The position numbers and the translations under genes are program-made. A DNA stretch of 36,072 nucleotides, taken from NCBI GenBank assembly GCA_044344255.1, contig JBIJDH010000043.1, positions 1 through 36,072 of the forward strand, written 5' to 3'. The notes beneath the pieces were generated by a model. The model ran no database searches and was not told the origin of the DNA. It saw nothing but the letters and a program-made list of their open reading frames with translations. Numbering within the stretch: position 1 is the stretch's first letter; the number at the start of each line of letters is the position of its first letter. The DNA is from Myxococcota bacterium. GTDB taxonomy: Bacteria; Myxococcota_A; UBA796; UBA2385. Below are positions 1-9,681 of this stretch, piece after piece.

Positions 1-530
1 TGGCGTCGGCGTCGTCGGCGGTGGCGTCACAGTCCTCATCGACGTTGGCGGCGTCACAGAGCTCGATGGCGGCGGGATTGATGGCGGCGTCGCTGTCGTT
101 ACAGTCGCCGGCGACGGTCACGCTGCCGGCGGGCTGGTCACAGGCGGAGAGGGCGGCGCTGCCGAAGGTGTCGCCGTCGCTGTCGGTGTACCAGGTGCTC
201 TGTCCGGTGGCGCTGGAGTCAGCGTCATCGGCGGTGGCGTCGCAGTCCTCATCGACGTTGGCGGCGTCACAGAGCTCGACGGCGGCGGGGTGGATGGCGG
301 CGTCGCTGTCGTTACAGTCGCCGGCGACGGTCACGCTGCCGGCGGGCTGGTCACAGGCGGAGAGGGCGGCGCTGCCGAAGGTGTCGCCGTCGCTGTCGGT
401 GTACCAGGTGCTCTGTCCGGTGGCGCTGGCGTCGGCGTCGTCGGCGGTGGCGTCACAGTCCTCATCGACGTTGGCGGCGTCACAGAGCTCGATGGCGGCG
501 GGATTGATGGCGGCGTCGCTGTCGTCACAG
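1..530 (-). repeat. 213-bp (71-aa) coding tandem repeat, about 2.5 near-identical copies visible, MopE-like putative metal-binding motif
   Basis: tggcgtcggcgtcgtcggcggtggcgtcacagtcc occurs at 1 and 427 (2 x 213 apart), with a variant copy at ~214. Confidence 0.9.
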
Positions 531-3500
531 TCCGTCGCGTTGGCGAGGTAGCCGGCCGGCTGGGTGCAGGCGGAGAGGGTGCTGCCGCTGTCGCCGAAGC
601 CGTCGTTGTCCCCGTCGGCGTACCAGGTCGAGGCGAGGCCGATGGCCGCGTTCGTGTCGTCGCAGTCGTCGGCGGTCGGGATGCCGTCGCTGTCGTCGTC
701 GCCGGTGGTCGGCCCCGTGACCGCGACGGAGAAGGCGCCGAGGTCGCTGCCGCCGTAGGCCGGGCCGTTCCCCGTCCAGGAGACCTGGCAGTCGTCACCC
801 GCGGAGTTGGAGTAGGTGCCCGCGATGTCGACGAAGTCCACGTTCGTGGACTGAGCGGAGGGGTGATCTCGGGTGTCGTCGAACAGGGTGTTGTCGTAGC
901 CGACGACCCAGACGTGGTGGTCGGCGCCCCAGATCCAGTTGTTGTAGTACTTGGCGCTGCCCCAGAGGCCGTGGCTGGAGTAGCTCGGGCCGGAGGAGTC
1001 GTAGGCCCCCTGGGCCGTGCCAGAGTCTGTCCAGGTGCCGACGGAGACCGTCCATTCGTTGGCCCAGCTCGCCACCGCGAAGTCCCCATACGAGGCGACG
1101 TCCTCATAGTCGGCCGGCATGAGCCCGTCGGCGTACTCCACGACGTAGGAGAAGGGCAGCAGATCGCTGTAGGTGCCGCCGCCGCTGTCCGTACAGGTCG
1201 CCGGGATCTCACCGGTCACGGTCAGCGTGACCGCCGCTGTGTTGAAGCCGGTCTCGCAGCCGTCGATCTGCCCGTTGCCGTCGATGTCGACCGAGTCGTC
1301 GAAGCCTGGGCAGAGATCGGCATCGTCGGTGATCCCGTCGTTGTCTGAGTCGTCGAGGCAACCGTCGCCATCCGAGTCGAAGCCGGTCGCGACCTCCGCC
1401 GGGCAGGCGTCCTCGTTGTCGTAGACGCCGTCGCCGTCCGTGTCGGGGGCCTCCACCACCACGACCGTGAAGGCTTCGAGCTCAGCGGGGGTAGGGGTCC
1501 AGGTTACGATGCACTCCTCATCGGCGCCGATGTAGGACATGCTGAATTCCATTCCCGCGAGCTGATAGGCCCCGGCGGCCACATGGTCGCGGGGGTCATC
1601 GAAGAGCGCCCCATCGCGGACCGTGACGTAGACGTAGTCCGCGTCGAGGTTCACCCAGCCTGTGAGGTAGTGACCGAGGCCGTTTGTGTCGAAGCCGTGG
1701 GTCCAGTAGCTGGTGTCGAAGTAATTGTACCAGCCATCGGCGCGCCCGGTCTGGCTCCATTCCCCGATCGTGACCGCCCAGTCCGTGCTCCAGTAGGTCA
1801 CGCCGCTGAGGTTCCACTCTGGCAGCTCGTCCACATAGCCGACCGGCTCGTGTCCGTTGTCGTAGTCTACGACATACGAGAAGGGGAGGGTGGTGGCGTA
1901 TGCATCCCCGCTGGTGGGATAGCAGGTGGCCGGAACGTCACCTTGGATGGTCAAGGTCACCGGGCGAGTGTCGAAGCCCGTCTCGCAGCCATCGATCTCT
2001 CCGTTGGCGTCCAGGTCGGCGGCGTCATCGAAGCCGAGGCAGGCGTCGAGGTCGTCCGTGACGCCATCCTTGTCCCCGTCGTTGTCGTCGTCTCCCTCAA
2101 AGAGGTACGCCGCGCCCATCGCGCCATCGGTGCGGTTGGCTCCGACCAAGAGGTCGCTGAGGCCGTCCCCGTTGACGTCGCCGGCACCGGCGACGCTGCT
2201 CCCGAACTCGGAGCCCTCTGCGCCGTACATGAACGGCATGCCCCCGGGACCCTCGATCCAGTGGGGCGGATCGGTCTGACCGTAGTAGACAACCGCGGCC
2301 CCGAAGCCGAGGCCGTAGTAGGGCCACCCGGAGCCGACGACGACATCGTTTAGACCGTCGCCGTTGAGATCTCCAGCGCCCGAGACCGCATTTCCCCAGC
2401 CATCGTACCATCCATCCCAGAGGTAGAGCTCGATGCTGGTGACGGCATCGTAACGAATGCCCCGCTGGCTTCCGTACAGAACCTTGGCCTGTCCATCGTC
2501 GTAGGCACCGTAAGGCGCCCCCGCCACCACATCGTCGTAGCCGTCCCCGTTCACGTCGCCGGCGCCAGAGACCGACGTGCCAAGTTCATCGTACCAGTAG
2601 TCACCATAGACGTAATAGTAGTACGAAGACGAGATCCCCCCAGCCGACCCGTAGTAGACGACCGCGCTCCCCGCGTAGTTGTAGTAGTAGGGCACTCCGA
2701 TGATGATGTCATCGTAACCGTCGGCGTTCACATCGCCTGCGCCGTCGACAGCGTAGCCGAACTCCGTGTTGTAGTAGTTCCAGGTGAGCTCCTGCTGCAC
2801 GGTTGTGGTGATGCCGGAGGGAGACCCGTGGTAGACGTAGACCCGGCCGATATAACCGTCATACCAGGGCGCTCCGATGATGACATCATCGTAGCCGTCG
2901 GCGTTCACGTCTCCTGCGCCCGCGACCACTCCGAAGGCCGTCCCGTAGCCGTCGGGACTGGTGCCGTACAGGGTGGTGCTGGGAGTGGTAGAGACGCCGG
3001 TCGGCGAGCCGTGATAGATGTAGGCGCTTCCCCACCAGTAGTCGCCGATGATGATGTCGTCGCACCCGTCGGCGTTCACGTCACCTGCTCCCGACACAGA
3101 GTCGCCGAAGCGGGCGGTGGCGGACTCACCGTAGAGGATCGTGGTCGCGGTGTTCGCGAGGCCGGAGGCGGAGCCATGAAAGACGTAGGCGGTCGACACG
3201 CCGCTGGCGCCGATGACGACGTCGTCGTAGCCGTCTCCGTCCACGTCTCCCGCCGAGGAGATACCCCAGCCGAAGTAGCTGTTGGCCGTGTCACCGAGGA
3301 GCGTGGTCGATGCGGTGGTCAGGATGGGGTCGACGGTGATGGGCCAGGGGGCGCCCGCGTCATCGACGAGGAGCTGAATTCGCCCGTCCTGGACGTCCAA
3401 CATCGCGGGGAGGGGATCCCCGTCGGCGTCCCAGGCGAGCATCCCCGACAGGGTCCACAGGCCACCGTCATGGTCGGTCAGCCAGACCGTGTCGCCGTCC

Positions 3501-4201
3501 CCCTCGAGCTCCGCGCCTTGCACGTCGAGCTCGAAGGCGAGAAGCTCGTCGCCCTCCGGGCGCACATCGGCGTCGAAGCCGAACTCCACGCCCTGGTCTC
3601 CGGAGACCCACCACTCCGTCATGCCGGCGTGTCGCCGCTCGATGCGGGGGATGCAGCGGCCGTCGGCGCCCTCGGCCGAGCTGCAGTCCCCGCTCTCGGG
3701 GCGGACCTCGGGGAGCGCCTCTTCAGCGCCTACGCGACCCCAGCTGGACACCTGCAGCGAGATCTCTGACTGCCCGCCCGTCGGCCGGACTCGGACTCCG
3801 CCTGCGTCCAGCGTGGTGGAGAAGGCGGCCTGCTTGCTCTGCCAGCCGGCGCCCTTCGCGTGGAAGGCCCTCCCGCTCGCCCCCATCCTCGGCGCCGAGG
3901 CGGCCAACCAGCCGTCCGCCATCCCCTTCGGTGCGCCGCTCTCCGGGGAGGGCCGCTTCTCCGGGCCTTCTCCACCCGGCGGGAGCGCCGCCTGTGCGCG
4001 CACATCCAGCGGGCGGCGCGCCGCGGAACGGCCGCCGGAGGGCCGTGGCTTCGGCAGCCCGGCCTCGGACCCGGAGGCCGCTCCGGCGGTCACGCCCTCC
4101 GGAGTGGACGACGGGGCGCTGTCCCCTGCGGGGGACTGACAGGCGGACACGCTCCAGAGGAGGGCGATGAGGGCGATGCGCCGGGCATTGGCATTGGGCA
4201 T
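2..4201 (-). CDS. Large modular surface lipoprotein (FG-GAP/integrin-like beta-propeller, TSP3-like Ca-binding motifs, two copies of an unknown domain, MopE-like Cys/Asp repeats); partial, continues beyond the left edge
   Basis: Manually translated open frame from ATG 4201 (MPNANARRIALIALLWSVSAC, lipobox-like) with no stop before position 2. It has seven GD(V/L)(N/D)xDGxxD-type FG-GAP motifs (~3260-2120), DxDxDG motifs, and DCDDSDAAINPAAIELCD/WYTDSDGDTFG repeats. It is probably missing from the ORF track because it has no stop in the window. Confidence 0.9.
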   Translation of the reverse strand, partial: MPNANARRIALIALLWSVSACQSPAGDSAPSSTPEGVTAGAASGSEAGLPKPRPSGGRSAARRPLDVRAQAALPPGGEGPEKRPSPESGAPKGMADGWLAASAPRMGASGRAFHAKGAGWQSKQAAFSTTLDAGGVRVRPTGGQSEISLQVSSWGRVGAEEALPEVRPESGDCSSAEGADGRCIPRIERRHAGMTEWWVSGDQGVEFGFDADVRPEGDELLAFELDVQGAELEGDGDTVWLTDHDGGLWTLSGMLAWDADGDPLPAMLDVQDGRIQLLVDDAGAPWPITVDPILTTASTTLLGDTANSYFGWGISSAGDVDGDGYDDVVIGASGVSTAYVFHGSASGLANTATTILYGESATARFGDSVSGAGDVNADGCDDIIIGDYWWGSAYIYHGSPTGVSTTPSTTLYGTSPDGYGTAFGVVAGAGDVNADGYDDVIIGAPWYDGYIGRVYVYHGSPSGITTTVQQELTWNYYNTEFGYAVDGAGDVNADGYDDIIIGVPYYYNYAGSAVVYYGSAGGISSSYYYYVYGDYWYDELGTSVSGAGDVNGDGYDDVVAGAPYGAYDDGQAKVLYGSQRGIRYDAVTSIELYLWDGWYDGWGNAVSGAGDLNGDGLNDVVVGSGWPYYGLGFGAAVVYYGQTDPPHWIEGPGGMPFMYGAEGSEFGSSVAGAGDVNGDGLSDLLVGANRTDGAMGAAYLFEGDDDNDGDKDGVTDDLDACLGFDDAADLDANGEIDGCETGFDTRPVTLTIQGDVPATCYPTSGDAYATTLPFSYVVDYDNGHEPVGYVDELPEWNLSGVTYWSTDWAVTIGEWSQTGRADGWYNYFDTSYWTHGFDTNGLGHYLTGWVNLDADYVYVTVRDGALFDDPRDHVAAGAYQLAGMEFSMSYIGADEECIVTWTPTPAELEAFTVVVVEAPDTDGDGVYDNEDACPAEVATGFDSDGDGCLDDSDNDGITDDADLCPGFDDSVDIDGNGQIDGCETGFNTAAVTLTVTGEIPATCTDSGGGTYSDLLPFSYVVEYADGLMPADYEDVASYGDFAVASWANEWTVSVGTWTDSGTAQGAYDSSGPSYSSHGLWGSAKYYNNWIWGADHHVWVVGYDNTLFDDTRDHPSAQSTNVDFVDIAGTYSNSAGDDCQVSWTGNGPAYGGSDLGAFSVAVTGPTTGDDDSDGIPTADDCDDTNAAIGLASTWYADGDNDGFGDSGSTLSACTQPAGYLANATDCDDSDAAINPAAIELCDAANVDEDCDATADDADASATGQSTWYTDSDGDTFGSAALSACDQPAGSVTVAGDCNDSDAAIHPAAVELCDAANVDEDCDATADDADSSATGQSTWYTDSDGDTFGSAALSACDQPAGSVTVAGDCNDSDAAINPAAIELCDAANVDEDCDATADDADA

Positions 4202-4268
4202 GAGGCGGCTCCAGTGGTCCCCGGCTTATCACTGGTCCAACCCTCGATAGCAACCCCCCAACGCGCAA

Positions 4269-4378
4269 ATGTCTCAGTTCGACTATAGAATGTCCCAAAC
4301 CAACAAGATGTCCCATTTCGACATGATGTCCCAAATGGACACGTGTCCCATTTCGACATGATGTCCCATTTCGACATG
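4269..4378. repeat. Intergenic array of about six 17-21-bp units, consensus ATGTCCCATTTCGACATG (internal palindrome TGTC-N7-GACA)
   Basis: Units start at 4269, 4290, 4308, 4326, 4343 and 4361. Those at 4308 and 4361 are identical and 4343 differs by one base. The array lies ~70-180 bp upstream of the 4201 start codon. Confidence 0.85.
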
Positions 4379-4460
4379 GTGAGTCTACCGTGGCCCGTGC
4401 GACACGCGGCGCGGTGAACTGAGGGGAGTGGCTCACCGCCGCGTCGGGCGCCGCTGCGCC

Positions 4461-6683
4461 TCAGCCGCGGACAGGCCCGAGGGAGATGCGCCGGCGCTGC
4501 AGGTCGACCGACAGGATCGAGACGGTCAGTCGATGGCCGACGCTGAGGCCCTTGGGGAGCAGAGAGGTGTGCAGCAGCCCGTCCTGGTGGACGCCCACGT
4601 CGACGAAGGCGCCGAAGGCGGTGACGTTGGTGATCACCCCCTCGAGCTCCATGCCCACCTGGAGGTCCTCGAGGCTCCGCACGTCGTCACGGAACCGCGG
4701 CGGGGCGAAGGGGGGCCGCGGGTCTCGGCCGGGGCGGGCGAGCTCGGTGAGGATGTCGCGGAGGGTGGGCTCGCCGAGGCCGGGGGCCGCGTAGCGCCGG
4801 AGGTCGATGCGCGCGATGAGGGCCCGGTCGCCCACGAGGGCGCGGACCTCGACGCCGAGGTCGCGGGCCATCTGCTCGACGAGGGCGTAGCGCTCGGGGT
4901 GGACCGCGGAGTCGTCGAGGGGGTCGAGCGCGCCGGGGATGCGCAGGAAGCCGGCGGCCTGCTCGAAGGTCTTCGGGCCCATGCCGCTCACTCCCCGCAG
5001 GTCGGCGCGGCGCCGAAAGGGGCCCTCGCGGTCGCGGTGCTCGACGATGCGCCGGGCGAGGGTGGGGCCGACGCCGGCGACGTGGCGCAGCAGGGCCGCG
5101 CTCGCGGTGTCGAGAGAGACGCCGACGTGGTTCACGCAGCTCTCGACGACCCGGTCGAGCTTCTGGGAGAGGAGGCCCTCCTGGATGTCGTGCTGGTACT
5201 GCCCCACGCCCAGCGAGCGGGGCTCGACCTTGACGAGCTCGGCCAGCGGGTCTTGCAGGCGCCGGGCGATCGAGATGGCACCGCGGATCGTCAGGTCGAG
5301 GTCGGGGAACTCCTCTCGCGCGACCTCGGAGGCCGAGTAGACGCTGGCCCCCACCTCACTCACCAGCGCCACCGGCAGCCGCGAGAGGTCCGCGCCGGAG
5401 CCCGTGATCCCGGACGACGCCACGCTCGACGGCTCGCTCGAGGGCGCGCTCGACAGGGCGGCGCGGGCCCAGTCGAGCGTCTCTCGGCCGGCGGTGCCGT
5501 TCCCGACGGCGATGGCCTCGGCCCCATGCTGACGCACAAAGGCGACGAGCTCGGCGGCGCCGCTGTTCTTGTGGGTGTGGGGATAGAGCGTGAGGTGGCC
5601 GAGGTAACGCCCGGTGGGGCTCACCGCGGCGCACTTACAGCCGGTTCGGAAGCCGGGGTCGATGCCCACCACCGCGTGCCGGCCATAGGGCGCCGACAGG
5701 AGCAGGCTGCGGGTGTTGGTGGCGAAGACGTCGGCGGCTTCGGCCTCGGCCCAGTCGCCGATGTCGCCGCGGAGCTCGTTCTCGAGGGAGGGGGCGAGGA
5801 GGCGGTGGTAGCCGTCCTCGATCGCGGCGCGGAGCACCGGCGCCCAGGGGCTGCCCTCCCGCAGGCCGACGAGGCGGGCCACGGCGGGGAGGATGGCCGC
5901 CTCCTCGACGGTGAGGCCCACGCGCAGCGCCCCCTCGGCCTCGCCCCGACGGATGGCCAGGTAACGGTGGGAGGCGACCCGGCCGATCGGCTCCTCGAAG
6001 GCATAGTAGTCCTCGAAGCGTGTGCGCTCTCCGGTCTTCGCCTTCTGCGCCGGCGTGACCGTGGCCTTGATCCGGCCCTGTCGGAGCGTGATCGCCCGCG
6101 CCGCCGCCCGCACGTCGGCCCGCTCGGCCACTCGCTCGGCGACGATGTCGGAGGCCCCGGCGAGGGCGGCGGCGGCGTCGGGCACCTCGGCCCCGACGAA
6201 ACGCGCGGCCTCCCGCTCGGGCTGCCCCGGCCCCTGCTTCAAGATGAGGTCGGCCAGGGGAGAGAGGCCGCGGTCCCGGGCCACGCTGGCGCGGGTCTTT
6301 CGTTTCTTCTTGAAGGGGGTGTAGAGGTCTTCGAGGGTCTGTCGATCCGCGGCCGCGCGCAGCTCGGCCTCGAGGGCGGGGCTGAGCGCGCCCTGCTTAC
6401 GCACAGCGTCGAGGATGGTCGCCCGTCGCTCCTCGAGGGCGGCCGCGGCGGCGTGGGCGAGCTCGATGTGGCCGATCTGCAGCTCGTCCAGCCCGCCCGT
6501 GGCCTCCTTCCGGTAGCGGGCGATGAAGGGCAGCGTGTTGCCCTCGGCGAAGAGCCGCAGCACCGCGGCCACCCCGGCGGCCGGCAGGCCGAGCGCGCGG
6601 GCGACCCGGGGCGCGAGGTCGGGCTCGGTGGTCGCGGGCACGGGGGGAGCGGCAGGCGAAGGGGCGGCGGGGGGTGTGGACAT
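4461..6683 (-). CDS. tex: Tex family RNA-binding transcriptional accessory protein
   Basis: GNTLPFIARYRKEATGGLDE, LEDLYTPFKKKRKTRA, GIDPGFRTGCK (YqgF-like), ARRLQDPLAELVK, GVGQYQHD, HhH motifs and a C-terminal S1 domain (NVTAFGAFVDVGVHQDGL). Start taken at MSTPP (6683). Confidence 0.95.
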   Translation of the reverse strand: MSTPPAAPSPAAPPVPATTEPDLAPRVARALGLPAAGVAAVLRLFAEGNTLPFIARYRKEATGGLDELQIGHIELAHAAAAALEERRATILDAVRKQGALSPALEAELRAAADRQTLEDLYTPFKKKRKTRASVARDRGLSPLADLILKQGPGQPEREAARFVGAEVPDAAAALAGASDIVAERVAERADVRAAARAITLRQGRIKATVTPAQKAKTGERTRFEDYYAFEEPIGRVASHRYLAIRRGEAEGALRVGLTVEEAAILPAVARLVGLREGSPWAPVLRAAIEDGYHRLLAPSLENELRGDIGDWAEAEAADVFATNTRSLLLSAPYGRHAVVGIDPGFRTGCKCAAVSPTGRYLGHLTLYPHTHKNSGAAELVAFVRQHGAEAIAVGNGTAGRETLDWARAALSSAPSSEPSSVASSGITGSGADLSRLPVALVSEVGASVYSASEVAREEFPDLDLTIRGAISIARRLQDPLAELVKVEPRSLGVGQYQHDIQEGLLSQKLDRVVESCVNHVGVSLDTASAALLRHVAGVGPTLARRIVEHRDREGPFRRRADLRGVSGMGPKTFEQAAGFLRIPGALDPLDDSAVHPERYALVEQMARDLGVEVRALVGDRALIARIDLRRYAAPGLGEPTLRDILTELARPGRDPRPPFAPPRFRDDVRSLEDLQVGMELEGVITNVTAFGAFVDVGVHQDGLLHTSLLPKGLSVGHRLTVSILSVDLQRRRISLGPVRG

Positions 6684-6735
6684 CGGCGCTGGGTAACCGA
6701 CCCTCGCCGACCGGCCCCCGTCTGCGAGTCCCCGC

Positions 6736-9612
6736 TTACAGGCCCCAGCCGAGGCTCGCCCAGGCCGCCCAGTCGCCGAGGGCCTGACAGGGGGCGGCGC
6801 GGGCGGGGAGGTCGGGGGCGTCGAGGACACAGGCGACGCCGGCGTCGAAGCGGGTCTCGGGCATCCGCATCAGCGGTTGGCGGGGCACCGCGGTGCGGGT
6901 GTGGAGGCCGAGGGTGGTGACCCTGTCGGTGCCTATCCCTGACCCTGTCCCTGACCCTGTGCCCGAGCCGCCGAGGGGGGCGGCGCCGAGCCAGCGCCGC
7001 TCGCCGTAGAGCTCGAAGGCGTCGGGGATCCCGAGGGCGAGGCGGAGGCTCTGGTGCGCGTCGAGGCGGGCGGAGGCGGCGTCGGGCACGGGGGCGGCGA
7101 GGGCGGGATCGGCGATGCGGCCGGCCTCGACGGCGTCGGGGAGCAGGGCGTCGAGGGCGCCGCCGAGGGCGAAGGTGGCGCCGGAGCGGGCCCGGTCGCC
7201 CTGTCCGCCGAGGGTGAGGCCGACGGGGCCGAGGCCGAGGCCGAGGCCCGCCCAGGCGCCGCCGCGGAGGCCGGCCGACGGGCCCCCGCCCAGGCGGACG
7301 TCTCCGGTGGCGCCGGCGTCGAGGTCAAACCAGGCCTTGCCCTGGCCCCAGGTGTGCCCCCCGGAGAGGCTGCCGGCGGCGCCATAGGGCGCGGGCTCGG
7401 TGGAGCCGGCCACGGCGGCGCCGCCCTCCCCGAAGGCGCTGAGGTCGGCGTGGTAGCGGCTCCAGCGCGGCGCGCCGTCGCGGGAGACAGACAGGGCGCC
7501 GCCGCCGCGCCCCTCGCCGGAGGCGGTCGTCCCCCAGGCGTCGAGGCCGAGGGTGACGGGGAGGGCGCGGGCGGTGAGGCCGAGGGTGGCGCCCCAGGCG
7601 TCGGCCACCTCGTCGCGCTGCCCGAGCAGCAGGAGCTCCCAGCGGCCGACGAGGTCTCCGGCGCGCAGACCGGCGTCGATGCGCCCGACGCTCGGGCCGG
7701 CCGCGCCGCCGACGAGGGGCCGCAGCTCGGGGCGGCCGAGGCCGTAGGGGGTGGGCGCCACGGTCGTGGGCGCGGCGGGGGGCGGCGGCGGGCTCGCCCG
7801 GGTGAAGCGGGTGACCGGGGCGAGGTCGGGGAGCGGCCCGGCGACCGCGGGGAGCGGCGTAACCACGGCGCGGCGATAGAGATCGAGGCCCTCGGCGTCG
7901 GGCGAGAGGTAATAGAGGGAGGCGCCGTCCGGGGACAGGGCCGGCGCGAAGGCCCCGCCCGCGGTCTGGGTGAGGCGGGTGAGGGGGCCACCGTCGAGGG
8001 GGGCCCGATAGACCTCGATGAAGCCCCCCTGCCCGAGCGACAGGAGCAGCGCGTCGCCGGCGGGGGCCCAGGAGAGGTCGAGCACCGCGGCGTCTTCGGG
8101 CAGCGGGAGGTCCCGCTCCTCGTTTGTCTTCAGGTCGCGGAGGCGGACCCTCCAGGCCCCGCTGTGGCGGAGCCAGGCCAGCGTCGCGCCGTCGGGGGAG
8201 AAGCGCGGGGTGGAGACGAGGATGTTGACGTCGGCGAGGGTGAGGTCTGTCGTCTTTCCGGAGGCGAGCTCGACCCGCACGAGCTGGTTGGCCCCCCAGC
8301 GCTGGCGCATCGCCACCGCCCAGGTGCCGTCGGGGTGCGGGTCGGGATCGTAGACGTCGGCGCCCCGGGTGACCCGGCGCTCCCGGTCGGCCGCGATGTC
8401 CCAGGTGAACAGATCGGGGCGGGTGGTGCCGTCGTCTCGGGGCTCCCAGGCGGCGTACAGCAGGGCCTTGTCGCCGGGCATCCAGCGGGGGCCCTCGGGG
8501 CGGCGCTGACCGGCCGCGCGGGTGTGGGCGGCCTCTCGCGGGAAGGCGCGCGGGGGCTTGGGCGCCACGTCGGCGGGGTCGGCCGCGAGGGCCTCGGTCA
8601 CCTTGGCCTGCCACTTGTCGCGGGCCTTGGTGTCCTCGGCGGTCGAATAGACCTTGAGCCGCGCCGGGCCGCGCTTGCTGTCGACCATCAGGGCGAGCTG
8701 CGCGCCGTCGTGGGAGAGGGCGGGGGCGCCCGTATACCGCTTCAGGTTGAGCCAGAGCGTGTCGTCTGCGGGGGGGCGCGCGGCCTCCGCCGCGAGGGCC
8801 TTCGCGGTGAGCTCGGCCTTGAAGCGGGCATAGAGGTTGGCGGGGCTGCCTTGGAAGACCCCCTCGAAGGCGTCGTCAAAGCTGCGCACCTCGCGGGCGG
8901 TGCTGCGGGCCCAGAGGTCGCGCAGCGCGCCCTCCCCGGCCCGGGCCTCCAGCCACTCGAGATAGGCGGAGCCGACGAGATAGGCGTAGCTGCCGCCCAG
9001 ATAGGCGCCCGAGCTGCTCATGCCGGCGTACGAGGGCAGCTTCCCCTCCACGGCCAGCACGCGCAGCAGCCCGGCGCGGGCGTCCGAGCTCGGGCGGCCC
9101 GAGCCGGTGAGCTTGCCCTCGATCACCGTGGCGTAGCCCTCCATCACCCAGCGGGGGGCGGTGAACAGAAGGGGGCCGAGGCCGGTTAGATCGCCGGCCA
9201 GGCGCAGGGCCTTGTTTCGGGAGGGGCGGAGCAGGTGGACGAGGTGGGCGTCCTCGTGGGTGAGCAGGTCTTCGTACCAGGAGCGGAAATTGCCGAGACC
9301 GCTGTCGGGAGGGGGGGCGGTGGGGTAAACGCCCATGCGCGGGTGGCGCTGCAGCGGGAGCGCGAAGCCGTTGGCCCGGTTCGCAGGGTCGAGGACCACG
9401 ATGTCGACGCGCTGATCGGGGGCGTAGCCCACCTCGGCGCTCACCACCGCGCGGATCGCCTCGAGGCGCGCCCCGGCCTCGAGGGCCCAGGCCTCGGCCG
9501 CCACGGGGTAATGGAGCCGGTAGTGCGCGGTCTCCAGCGTCTTCCAGGGGCCCCGGGCGTCCTCGGCCTGGGCGGTGGGGAGGGCCAGGAGGAGGGAGAG
9601 CAGCAGCGACAC
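6736..9612 (-). CDS. Secreted protein: zincin-like metallopeptidase domain + TolB/PD40-like beta-propeller + probable C-terminal beta-rich (barrel-like) region
   Basis: Signal peptide, LTHEDAHLVH...WVMEGYA (HExxH + E), repeated PxxSPDG motifs, and a Gly/aromatic alternating C-terminus. Confidence 0.75.
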   Translation of the reverse strand: MSLLLSLLLALPTAQAEDARGPWKTLETAHYRLHYPVAAEAWALEAGARLEAIRAVVSAEVGYAPDQRVDIVVLDPANRANGFALPLQRHPRMGVYPTAPPPDSGLGNFRSWYEDLLTHEDAHLVHLLRPSRNKALRLAGDLTGLGPLLFTAPRWVMEGYATVIEGKLTGSGRPSSDARAGLLRVLAVEGKLPSYAGMSSSGAYLGGSYAYLVGSAYLEWLEARAGEGALRDLWARSTAREVRSFDDAFEGVFQGSPANLYARFKAELTAKALAAEAARPPADDTLWLNLKRYTGAPALSHDGAQLALMVDSKRGPARLKVYSTAEDTKARDKWQAKVTEALAADPADVAPKPPRAFPREAAHTRAAGQRRPEGPRWMPGDKALLYAAWEPRDDGTTRPDLFTWDIAADRERRVTRGADVYDPDPHPDGTWAVAMRQRWGANQLVRVELASGKTTDLTLADVNILVSTPRFSPDGATLAWLRHSGAWRVRLRDLKTNEERDLPLPEDAAVLDLSWAPAGDALLLSLGQGGFIEVYRAPLDGGPLTRLTQTAGGAFAPALSPDGASLYYLSPDAEGLDLYRRAVVTPLPAVAGPLPDLAPVTRFTRASPPPPPAAPTTVAPTPYGLGRPELRPLVGGAAGPSVGRIDAGLRAGDLVGRWELLLLGQRDEVADAWGATLGLTARALPVTLGLDAWGTTASGEGRGGGALSVSRDGAPRWSRYHADLSAFGEGGAAVAGSTEPAPYGAAGSLSGGHTWGQGKAWFDLDAGATGDVRLGGGPSAGLRGGAWAGLGLGLGPVGLTLGGQGDRARSGATFALGGALDALLPDAVEAGRIADPALAAPVPDAASARLDAHQSLRLALGIPDAFELYGERRWLGAAPLGGSGTGSGTGSGIGTDRVTTLGLHTRTAVPRQPLMRMPETRFDAGVACVLDAPDLPARAAPCQALGDWAAWASLGWGL

Positions 9613-9681
9613 GGGGCGTCCGGGGCGGAGGGGCCGGGTCCGCTAACCCGGCGCCCGCGGCGACCCGGTTAGGGGCTATGG

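Noticed and set aside
21..4139. Plus-strand ORFs of 176-352 aa
   Set aside because: Antisense shadows of the minus-strand surface protein; the translations are low-complexity.
4269..4378. CRISPR array
   Set aside because: Units are ~18 bp and directly adjacent, with no unique spacers and no cas genes in the window.
4428..9189. 830-aa and 711-aa plus-strand ORFs
   Set aside because: Antisense to tex and the zincin/TolB gene; typical high-GC shadow frames.
9643..9673. Integron attC site (ctaac...gttag inverted repeat)
   Set aside because: Only ~30 bp, too short for attC, with no integrase or cassette array. At most a promoter-region palindrome between divergent genes.
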